Below, piece after piece: positions 56,211 to 64,000 of a DNA stretch of 64,000 nt; the stretch's first letter is position 1; each line of letters opens with the position of its first letter. This DNA comes from an uncultured Burkholderiales bacterium (GTDB lineage Bacteria > Pseudomonadota > Gammaproteobacteria > Burkholderiales > Burkholderiaceae_C). Both the position numbers and the translations under genes were made by a program. Below the pieces are notes generated by a model. The model was not told the origin of the DNA. It did not search any database and was given only the letters and a program-made list of their open reading frames with translations. Location: positions 64,904-128,903 of the forward strand of contig CAILYC010000001.1 of the NCBI GenBank assembly GCA_903838355.1, given 5' to 3'.

Positions 56211-57521
56211 ATGAACCTCGCCAATTACAAAGCCACACTGTCCTTCGGCAACGGTGCGCCCAACATCGAGATGCCGGTCTACCACGGCACGATTGGCCCC
56301 GACGTCATCGATATTCGCAAACTCTATGGTCAGTCGGGCATGTTCACCTACGATCCTGGTTTTTTGTCCACGGCGGCGTGCGAATCGGCCATCACCTACA
56401 TTGATGGCGACAAGGGCGAGTTGCTCTACCGTGGTTACCCCATTGAGCAGTTGGCCACCGATTGCAACTTCATGGAAACATGCTATTTGTTGCTCAACGG
56501 CAACTTGCCCAACGCCACCGAAAAGCACGAATTCTCACATTTGGTGACCCAGCACACCATGGTCAACGAGCAGATGCATTTCTTTTTGCGCGGCTTCAGA
56601 CGCGACGCCCACCCCATGGCCGTGATGACCGGCTTGGTGGGAGCCCTCTCGGCTTTTTACCATGACAGCACCGACATCAACAACCCTGAGCACCGCGCCA
56701 TCTCCGCCATTCGACTCATTGCCAAAATGCCCACCTTGGTCGCGATGGCCTATAAATACAGCATCGGTCAGCCTCATCTCTACCCCAGAAACGACTTGAG
56801 CTACGCGGGCAACTTTTTGCGCATGATGTTTGGCAACCCTTGCGAGGACTATGTTGTCAACCCCGTGCTCGAACGTGCTTTGGACCGAATCTTCATCTTG
56901 CATGCAGACCACGAGCAAAATGCCTCCACCTCAACCGTGCGCTTGTGTGGATCTTCGGGCACCAACCCCTTTGCTGCCATTGCCGCAGGGGTGGCATGCC
57001 TGTGGGGCCCGGCCCACGGCGGCGCCAACGAAGCGTGCTTGAACATGCTTGGTCAATTGCAAGCGGCCGGCGGCTTGGCCAAAGTGGGCGAATTCATGGA
57101 GCAAGTCAAGGACAAAAACTCCGGCGTCAAGCTCATGGGCTTTGGTCACCGGGTTTACAAAAACTACGACCCCCGCGCCAAACTCATGCAAGAAACCTGC
57201 AACGAGGTCTTGTCTGAGTTGGGCCTAGAGAACGACCCCTTGTTTAAATTGGCCAAAGCGGTTGAGAAAATCGCCTTGGAGGACGACTACTTCGTGCAAA
57301 GAAAACTTTACCCCAACGTGGACTTCTATTCTGGCATCGTGCAGCGCGCCATTGGCGTGCCGGTCAACATGTTCACCGGCATCTTTGCCTTGGCCAGAAC
57401 GGTGGGATGGATTGCTCAGCTGAACGAAATGATTGCCGACCCCGAGTACAAAATTGGCCGTCCTCGCCAGCTCTTTACCGGAGCCGTGCGCCGTGATGTC
57501 CCACCCATTGCCAAGCGATAA
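56211..57521 (+). CDS. gltA: Citrate synthase (type II)
   Basis: [40 protein letters not shown]. Confidence 0.98.
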   Translation: MNLANYKATLSFGNGAPNIEMPVYHGTIGPDVIDIRKLYGQSGMFTYDPGFLSTAACESAITYIDGDKGELLYRGYPIEQLATDCNFMETCYLLLNGNLPNATEKHEFSHLVTQHTMVNEQMHFFLRGFRRDAHPMAVMTGLVGALSAFYHDSTDINNPEHRAISAIRLIAKMPTLVAMAYKYSIGQPHLYPRNDLSYAGNFLRMMFGNPCEDYVVNPVLERALDRIFILHADHEQNASTSTVRLCGSSGTNPFAAIAAGVACLWGPAHGGANEACLNMLGQLQAAGGLAKVGEFMEQVKDKNSGVKLMGFGHRVYKNYDPRAKLMQETCNEVLSELGLENDPLFKLAKAVEKIALEDDYFVQRKLYPNVDFYSGIVQRAIGVPVNMFTGIFALARTVGWIAQLNEMIADPEYKIGRPRQLFTGAVRRDVPPIAKR

Positions 57522-57569
57522 TTAAACGATTGGTTTTTAGGCTTGCTGAGGGCTTTCTTGGCTCCAGAG

Positions 57570-57602
57570 AGCGACCCCGAGGTTTCGGGGTCGCTTTTTT
57601 TT
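57570..57602 (+). terminator. Rho-independent terminator after gltA
   Basis: AGCGACCCCGA-ggtt-TCGGGGTCGCT followed by a T run. Confidence 0.92.
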
Positions 57603-57724
57603 GAGTCATCCTCTCTCACCTCCCCTAGAAAACCCATCACAAATATTAGCGATCTCAAAGCAAAGCTTGCCGCTTAGCGCCTAAAATAAACCTCTTATCT
57701 TTTGCGCAGGAAAGAAAAACAATC

Positions 57725-59146
57725 ATGGGACTCACGCTTTACGACAAAATTTGGAACGAACACGTGGTTCACAGTGAAGAAGACGGCACAGCAGTCCTCT
57801 ACATTGATCGCCATTTGGTCCATGAAGTCACCTCACCCCAAGCCTACGAGGGGCTCAGGCAAGCGCATCGGCCGGTCTGGCGTATCAGCTCGGTGGTGGC
57901 GACAGCCGACCACAACACGCCCACCACCGGTTGGGAGTTGGGCTACGACGGCATCACCGACCCCATCAGCAAAGAGCAAGTCACCACCTTGGACGACAAC
58001 ATCAAGGAGTACGGTGCAGCGGCTTACTTTCCTTTTCTCTCCAAGCGACAAGGCATTGTGCATGTGATTGGCCCAGAAAACGGCGCCGTTTTACCAGGCA
58101 TGACCGTTGTTTGTGGCGACTCGCACACTTCCACGCATGGCGCCTTTGGCGCCTTGGCACACGGCATCGGCACGAGTGAAGTCGAGCACGTGCTCGCCAC
58201 GCAAACCTTGTTGGCCAAAAAGGCCAAGAACATGCTGGTTCGAGTCAATGGCAATTTGGCCAAAGGTTGCACAGCCAAAGACGTGGTGCTCGCCATCATT
58301 GGTCGAATTGGAACGGCGGGTGGCACGGGCCACACGATTGAATTCGCTGGCAGCGTCATCCGTGGCTTGTCCATGGAGGGGCGCATGACCCTGTGCAACA
58401 TGGCCATTGAAGCCGGCGCCCGCGCGGGTTTGGTGGCGGTGGATGAAAAAACACTGGCCTACACCAAGGACCGGCTTTTGTCGCCCAAAGGGGTGGAGTG
58501 GGACTTGGCGGCGAGTTACTGGAAGACTTTGCACTCGGACGAGGATGCCCATTTTGATACCGTGGTGGACTTGGACGGCAGCGCCATCGCACCGCACGTG
58601 ACTTGGGGCACGTCGCCCGAGATGGTGCTCGATATTCTCGCCACCGTGCCCGATCCTGACAAAGAGCGCGATCCGGCCAAACGCCTGGCCATTGAGCGCG
58701 CTTTGGTCTACATGGGGCTCGAACCGGGTAAACCCATAGCCGATATCCATGTGGACAAAGTCTTCATTGGGTCGTGCACGAACTCTCGCATTGAAGACAT
58801 GCGAGACGCGGCAAGGGTGGTCAAACACATCGGTCAAAAAGTGGCCAAAAACGTCAAGCTCGCCTTGGTGGTCCCAGGGTCCGGCTTGGTGAAGGAACAA
58901 GCCGAGCGTGAGGGCTTGGATGTGATCTTCAAAGCCGCAGGATTTGAGTGGCGCGAGCCCGGCTGCTCCATGTGCTTGGCCATGAACGCCGACAAGCTCG
59001 AACCCCAGGAGCGTTGTGCCTCCACGAGCAACCGCAATTTCGAGGGTCGCCAAGGCGCGGGGGGGCGCACCCATTTGGTCTCACCCGCCATGGCGGCGGC
59101 GGCGGCCATCCACGGACATTTCGTGGACATTCGTCAGTTTTCCTGA
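57725..59146 (+). CDS. leuC: 3-isopropylmalate dehydratase large subunit
   Basis: [39 protein letters not shown]. Confidence 0.98.
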   Translation: MGLTLYDKIWNEHVVHSEEDGTAVLYIDRHLVHEVTSPQAYEGLRQAHRPVWRISSVVATADHNTPTTGWELGYDGITDPISKEQVTTLDDNIKEYGAAAYFPFLSKRQGIVHVIGPENGAVLPGMTVVCGDSHTSTHGAFGALAHGIGTSEVEHVLATQTLLAKKAKNMLVRVNGNLAKGCTAKDVVLAIIGRIGTAGGTGHTIEFAGSVIRGLSMEGRMTLCNMAIEAGARAGLVAVDEKTLAYTKDRLLSPKGVEWDLAASYWKTLHSDEDAHFDTVVDLDGSAIAPHVTWGTSPEMVLDILATVPDPDKERDPAKRLAIERALVYMGLEPGKPIADIHVDKVFIGSCTNSRIEDMRDAARVVKHIGQKVAKNVKLALVVPGSGLVKEQAEREGLDVIFKAAGFEWREPGCSMCLAMNADKLEPQERCASTSNRNFEGRQGAGGRTHLVSPAMAAAAAIHGHFVDIRQFS

Positions 59147-59176
59147 TCCACTTAAAAAAAGAACAAGGACACGACC

Positions 59177-59839
59177 ATGCAAAAATTCACACTGCACAAG
59201 GGGCTGGTTGCCCCAATGGACCGAGACAATGTCGACACCGATGCCATCATCCCCAAACAATTTCTAAAATCCATCAAGAAAACGGGGTTTGGCCCCAATT
59301 TGTTTGACGAATGGCGCTATCTCGACCACGGCGAGCCTGGCCAAGACCCCAAGAGCCGCAAGAGCAATCCAGATTTTGTCTTGAACTTGCCACGCTACCA
59401 AGGGGCTTCGATTTTGCTTGCCCGCAAGAACTTTGGCTGCGGCTCATCGAGGGAGCACGCCCCATGGGCGATCGACCAATTTGGTTTTCGCTCGATTTTG
59501 GCGCCGAGTTACGCTGATATTTTTTTCAACAATTGCTTTAAAAATGGCTTATTGCCCATCGTCTTGTCCGAACGTGTCATTGACCACTTGTTTGCTCAGG
59601 TCGCGGGCTTTGTGGGCTTTGAGCTCACCATCGACTTGGTCTCTCAAGTGGTATTGGCACCCGACGGTGAGTCCTACCCATTTGACGTTCAAGCCTTTCG
59701 CAAGCACTGCTTGATCAATGGACTCGACGACATCGGACTCACACTCACCCACGCCCAAAAGATCCGTGACTTTGAATCGCATCGTCTGACCACCCAACCT
59801 TGGCTGGCGCATACACTGAGCGCAGAAAGTCAAAGATAA
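59177..59839 (+). CDS. leuD: 3-isopropylmalate dehydratase small subunit
   Basis: [28 protein letters not shown]. Confidence 0.97.
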   Translation: MQKFTLHKGLVAPMDRDNVDTDAIIPKQFLKSIKKTGFGPNLFDEWRYLDHGEPGQDPKSRKSNPDFVLNLPRYQGASILLARKNFGCGSSREHAPWAIDQFGFRSILAPSYADIFFNNCFKNGLLPIVLSERVIDHLFAQVAGFVGFELTIDLVSQVVLAPDGESYPFDVQAFRKHCLINGLDDIGLTLTHAQKIRDFESHRLTTQPWLAHTLSAESQR

Positions 59840-59924
59840 CACCCCCATACGCCCGCGCGTTGGAATGATTGATTCAACGCACAGAGGTGTAGATCGATAG
59901 CCCCATAATCACCCTAGATTGACC

Positions 59925-61013
59925 ATGAAAAAAATAGCAGTACTCGCTGGCGACGGCATCGGACAAGAAATTGTCCGCGAAGCCTTGAAGGTTTTGGCAG
60001 TGTTGAAGTTGGACTTGGAGTTGCACGAGGCCTTGGTGGGCGGTTGCGCCTTTGATGCCCACGGCCACCCCTTGCCCCCAAGCACCTTGGAGCTCGCGAT
60101 GTCGAGCCACGCCGTGCTCTTTGGCGCCGTGGGCGACTGGAAATACGACAAGCTCGATCGGCCTTTGAGGCCCGAGCAAGCGATTTTGGGTTTGAGAAAA
60201 CACATGGGTCTTTTTGCCAATTTTAGACCCGCGATTTGTTACCCTGAGCTCGTGCAGGCTTCGTCGCTTAAAAACGAGTTGATCGCAGGACTCGACATTT
60301 TGATCATTCGAGAGCTCACCGGCGACATCTATTTTGGGCAACCCAGGGGCCAACGCGTCGCCACAGACGGCCACTTCCCTGGCGCACCCGAGGCCTTTGA
60401 CACGATGCGTTACTCGCGACCTGAAATTGAGCGCATTGCGCATGTGGCGTTCCAAGCCGCGCAAAAGCGCTCCAAGCGCTTGACCAGTGTGGACAAAGCC
60501 AATGTGCTCGAGACCTCGCAGTTTTGGCGCGACGTGGTGACACAACTCTCAAGCCAATACCCCGACGTGGCCCTTGATCACATGTATGTCGACAACGCGG
60601 CCATGCAACTCGTCAAAGAGCCGAAAAAGTTTGACGTCTTGGTCACGGGCAATTTGTTTGGTGACATTTTGTCCGATGAGGCTGCCATGCTCACCGGCTC
60701 CATTGGCATGCTGCCCTCGGCCTCACTGAACGCCAAAAAGCAAGGCCTTTACGAGCCTAGCCACGGCAGTGCGCCCGACATTGCCGGCCAAGGCATTGCC
60801 AATCCGCTGGCAACGATTTTGTCAGCCGCCATGATGCTCAGATTCTCCTTGGATGAGCCCCAGGGCGCGCTGTTGATCGAACAAGCCGTGAAGTCTGTCC
60901 TTGAAGCCGGGCTCAGAACCGGGGATATCTTCAGCGTGGGTTGCACCCGGGTCAATACCCAAGAAATGGGCGATGCGGTGGCCAAGGCTTTGAGCGCTTT
61001 GGTCAATCCATAA
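59925..61013 (+). CDS. leuB: 3-isopropylmalate dehydrogenase
   Basis: [41 protein letters not shown]. Confidence 0.97.
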   Translation: MKKIAVLAGDGIGQEIVREALKVLAVLKLDLELHEALVGGCAFDAHGHPLPPSTLELAMSSHAVLFGAVGDWKYDKLDRPLRPEQAILGLRKHMGLFANFRPAICYPELVQASSLKNELIAGLDILIIRELTGDIYFGQPRGQRVATDGHFPGAPEAFDTMRYSRPEIERIAHVAFQAAQKRSKRLTSVDKANVLETSQFWRDVVTQLSSQYPDVALDHMYVDNAAMQLVKEPKKFDVLVTGNLFGDILSDEAAMLTGSIGMLPSASLNAKKQGLYEPSHGSAPDIAGQGIANPLATILSAAMMLRFSLDEPQGALLIEQAVKSVLEAGLRTGDIFSVGCTRVNTQEMGDAVAKALSALVNP

Positions 61014-61042
61014 AATTAATTTTCAGCACTGAAAGACCCCAA

Positions 61043-62185
61043 ATGAGTCAAGCAAAAAAAACTTTAGGCCTGGTGGGCTGGCGCGGGATGGTGGGCTCGG
61101 TGTTAATGGACCGCATGCGCCAAGAAGGTGACTTCAACCACGTGGAGACCTTGTTTTTCACCACCTCCAATATTGGCGGTGAGGCGCCCGCGTTTGCCAA
61201 AAGCAACACCCTCCTCTTGGACGCGCACGACCTCAAGAGTCTGGCGCAGTGCGACATCATCATCACCGCCCAAGGCGGGGAGTACACCCAAGAGATCCAC
61301 CCCAAACTCATGTCTGGCGGCTGGCGTGGCCACTGGATAGATGCCGCCTCCACGCTCAGGATGAAGTCCGACGCGGTGATCATCTTGGATCCCGTCAATC
61401 GCCATGTGATTGACCAAGCGCTCGAGCGTGGTAACCGCAACTGGATTGGGGGCAACTGTACGGTGAGTTTGATGCTCATGGCCATGGGCGGACTCTTCAA
61501 AGCGGGCATGGTGGAATGGGTCTCGGCCATGACCTATCAAGCGGCCTCGGGTGCGGGTGCTCAAAACATGCGCGAACTCTTGGCGCAAATGGGCGCCTTG
61601 CACGGCAGTGTTCAAACCGAATTGGCCGATCCTGCCAGTGCCATTTTGGAGATTGACCAGAAGGTGACGCAAACGCTCAGGTCGGCTGATTTTCCAGTGA
61701 AAAACTTCCGCGGTGTCGGCTTGGCCGGCAGCCTCATTCCTTGGATCGATGTGCCTGTGGAGCACGGGCAAAGCAAAGAGGAGTGGAAAGGCGGCGCAGA
61801 GTGCAACAAAATTTTAGGCCTTCCAAGCTTTAGAAGCCCTGGCAGCATTCCCATTGACGGCCTGTGTGTGAGGGTGGGCTCCATGCGGTGCCATTCACAA
61901 GGCCTCACCATCAAACTCAAGGAAGACCTGCCCTTGCCCGAGATTGAGAAGCTCTTGGCCCAAGCCAACGATTGGGTCAAAGTGATCCCCAATGAGAGGG
62001 AGTCTAGTGAGCGCTTACTCACCCCTCAAGCCGTTACAGGTCGACTGGATGTGCCCATTGGTCGACTGCACAAATTGGCGATGGGGCCGACCTATTTGGG
62101 CGCCTTCACGGTCGGGGACCAGCTCCTATGGGGGGCCGCCGAGCCTTTGAGGCGCATGCTCAACATTTTGTTGCAAACGGCCTGA
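61043..62185 (+). CDS. asd: Aspartate-semialdehyde dehydrogenase
   Basis: [38 protein letters not shown]. Confidence 0.97.
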   Translation: MSQAKKTLGLVGWRGMVGSVLMDRMRQEGDFNHVETLFFTTSNIGGEAPAFAKSNTLLLDAHDLKSLAQCDIIITAQGGEYTQEIHPKLMSGGWRGHWIDAASTLRMKSDAVIILDPVNRHVIDQALERGNRNWIGGNCTVSLMLMAMGGLFKAGMVEWVSAMTYQAASGAGAQNMRELLAQMGALHGSVQTELADPASAILEIDQKVTQTLRSADFPVKNFRGVGLAGSLIPWIDVPVEHGQSKEEWKGGAECNKILGLPSFRSPGSIPIDGLCVRVGSMRCHSQGLTIKLKEDLPLPEIEKLLAQANDWVKVIPNERESSERLLTPQAVTGRLDVPIGRLHKLAMGPTYLGAFTVGDQLLWGAAEPLRRMLNILLQTA

Positions 62186-62536
62186 GCTCGACCCTGGGGT
62201 TGGAGCCCTGGGTCACTCTACCGAGCTTACCAGGACTGCAAGATGGCGTTTCTGCGCAGACCCGCCCCAGCGGTCAAAGCTCAAAAGGGGACCCATTCTT
62301 TGCACCCGTTGAGGAAAAATCGTGGTTTTTCAGAGGTTTTAAGCCTGTCAAACCAAGTGCAAAGCCCTTTATTGGCACGATGCTTGGCTAAAATACAGTC
62401 ATTCTTTGACATGAGGGGCCGCGCCCCTTAGAGTCTGCGCGAGCTATTGCTCTTTGGCGGCATGGCGGACTGGCAGACTTGGGTTCCCATGATTGCTTCA
62501 CTTTCGAGCCACCGATGAATATTGCGAAAGACCATT

Positions 62537-64000
62537 GTGAGTACTTACCAGCGTAATTTGATGCCATCCGCTTTGACAGCCTGGGGGCTCAGTCTAACTT
62601 TGGCGGGCCTGCTGAGCTTGAGTGCCTCACCGGCTTTGGCCTTGGGGCTTGGTCGCGCGAAGATGCTTTCCAAACAAGGCGAGTCCCTCTTGGTGGAGTT
62701 TGACGTGGAGAGTCTCTCCCCTGAAGAGCAGCAAGGACTGGAGGTGAGTTTGGCCGAAGCGGCAACCTACTCGGCGCTTGGGGCCCCGTTTGATGCGGTC
62801 TTGAGCAGCGCGCAGGCACGCCTTGCCAAACGACCCAATGGCCAGCTCTATTTAAGCGTCACCAGCAAAGACCCGGTCAATCAGTCTTTCCTCGATGTGA
62901 TCTTGCAGCTGCACTGGTCCACGGGTCAAGTCACCAAAGAGATGGGCTTGCTCCTCGACACCACACAGTCGGCCAGTCTGAACGAGAGCGGCAACATCAC
63001 ACAAGTGCCGGTCAACCCAGGCGACACCGCCAGCGAACTCGCCTTGCGATACAAGAACGCATCGGTCACCTTGGACCAGATGCTCATGGGGCTTTTGCGC
63101 TCCAACCCCAACGCCTTCCTTGCTCAAAACGTCAACCGTTTGAGAGCCGACGCCAACCTCGTCCTGCCCTCCACCGAGGAGGCCTTGAGCCTCAAGGCGC
63201 AAGACGCAAGTGCACAAGTGCAATTGCAGCACATTGATTTTGACCAATACCGTGCCGCCTTGGTGGCCAAGCTGCAGCAGGGCAAACCCAGAGCCGAGAA
63301 AAACTCCAAGCAAAATGCCTCGGGCCAAGTGGGCTCCAAGGCCAAAGCCCCGCGCGAGAAAAAAGACCAGCTCAAACTCAGTGATGCCAATGCCGCTTCG
63401 GCCAAAGTAGCAGACCAATTGGCCCAAGAAGCCCAGGCCAAAATCGATGCGCAAAAGGCCCAAGACTTGAGTCAAAACATCCAGGAGCTCAACACCCTTG
63501 CCAAACACGCTGGGCCCTCTTGGAGTGTGCAAAGCACCCTCATCAACCTGGGCAACGCCCTCACCCAGGCCTGGGCCATTCCCAAAGCATGGCTGAGCGC
63601 CAATGCCCCTCAATTGGCGCGCTGGTTGGAGCATCCCTTGGCGCCAGTTTGGGCCGGCTTGGGACTGGGGATCTTGGTCCTTGGCACCTTGTGGGGGAAA
63701 AGATCTGCTGCAATCGAGAGTCCACAAACGCCCGAGCACGACATGGATCACCAACCTTGGCTAGACCCAGAGTCCACGGCGAACACGACCCCACCCATTT
63801 GGGCCCAGGTGGCGTCCAAGCAAGGCCATTCCGACTTGGCGTCGCACCTGGACCCTGAACATGGGCAAAATGCGGTGTTCACCCCCAGTCCCCCCGAGAC
63901 TGGCGCCACGCCTAACCCACCATTCTCGGCCACATCGCTCAGCGACCATGTCCGCATCGATTTTGACTTGGACTTGCCGCCCCTTGAGTCTGGCCACGCA
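62537..64000 (+). CDS. fimV: FimV/HubP polar landmark protein, partial (runs off the window)
   Basis: Not in the ORF track, presumably because it has no stop in the window. My translation gives a signal peptide, ALGLG, FLDVILQLHWSTG, and LysM-like GDTASELA..LDQML..NPNAF..NVNRL. asd-fimV synteny. Start 62537 or 62561. Confidence 0.88.
   Translation, partial: MSTYQRNLMPSALTAWGLSLTLAGLLSLSASPALALGLGRAKMLSKQGESLLVEFDVESLSPEEQQGLEVSLAEAATYSALGAPFDAVLSSAQARLAKRPNGQLYLSVTSKDPVNQSFLDVILQLHWSTGQVTKEMGLLLDTTQSASLNESGNITQVPVNPGDTASELALRYKNASVTLDQMLMGLLRSNPNAFLAQNVNRLRADANLVLPSTEEALSLKAQDASAQVQLQHIDFDQYRAALVAKLQQGKPRAEKNSKQNASGQVGSKAKAPREKKDQLKLSDANAASAKVADQLAQEAQAKIDAQKAQDLSQNIQELNTLAKHAGPSWSVQSTLINLGNALTQAWAIPKAWLSANAPQLARWLEHPLAPVWAGLGLGILVLGTLWGKRSAAIESPQTPEHDMDHQPWLDPESTANTTPPIWAQVASKQGHSDLASHLDPEHGQNAVFTPSPPETGATPNPPFSATSLSDHVRIDFDLDLPPLESGHA

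Noticed and set aside
62186-62536. 350-bp asd-fimV intergenic region as an ncRNA or small gene
   Set aside because: No convincing structure, terminator or coding signal. It is probably the fimV promoter region.
1-64000. Mobile elements, prophage, defence systems, tRNA or rRNA
   Set aside because: No transposase, integrase, nuclease or phage motifs and no cloverleaf or rRNA signatures were seen by eye.

Overview
Core-chromosome window of a Betaproteobacterium. The gene order murJ-rpsT-DUF3579-argD-argF and mdh-GntR-sdhCDAB-sdhE-gltA-leuCD-leuB-asd-fimV points to Comamonadaceae. It has four blocks. (1) Housekeeping genes at both ends: Arg, TCA, Leu, Asd, PanB. (2) A ~23 kb purine-scavenging cluster (3.5-26.8 kb): BMP-type ABC importer, adenine/adenosine deaminase, 8-oxoguanine deaminase, XdhABC, PuuD, UraH, PuuE, a UraD-allantoate amidohydrolase fusion, glycerate kinase and an NMT1-type ABC importer, with sigma54 promoters and NtrC-like boxes. 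(3) The most unusual locus (26.9-30.4 kb): an FNR-like box, a pilin-like single-pass protein, a K+ channel with two tandem voltage-sensor domains (150-aa period) before one GYG pore, and an orphan ureD. (4) A mixed block: MFS, a YVTN-propeller/deacetylase/desaturase module, RsuA-like synthase, Bug, selD, Fur-boxed feoAB-SOUL, and a TRAP transporter. I saw no tRNA, rRNA, CRISPR array or mobile element. All calls come from motif recognition by eye; no database searches were run.
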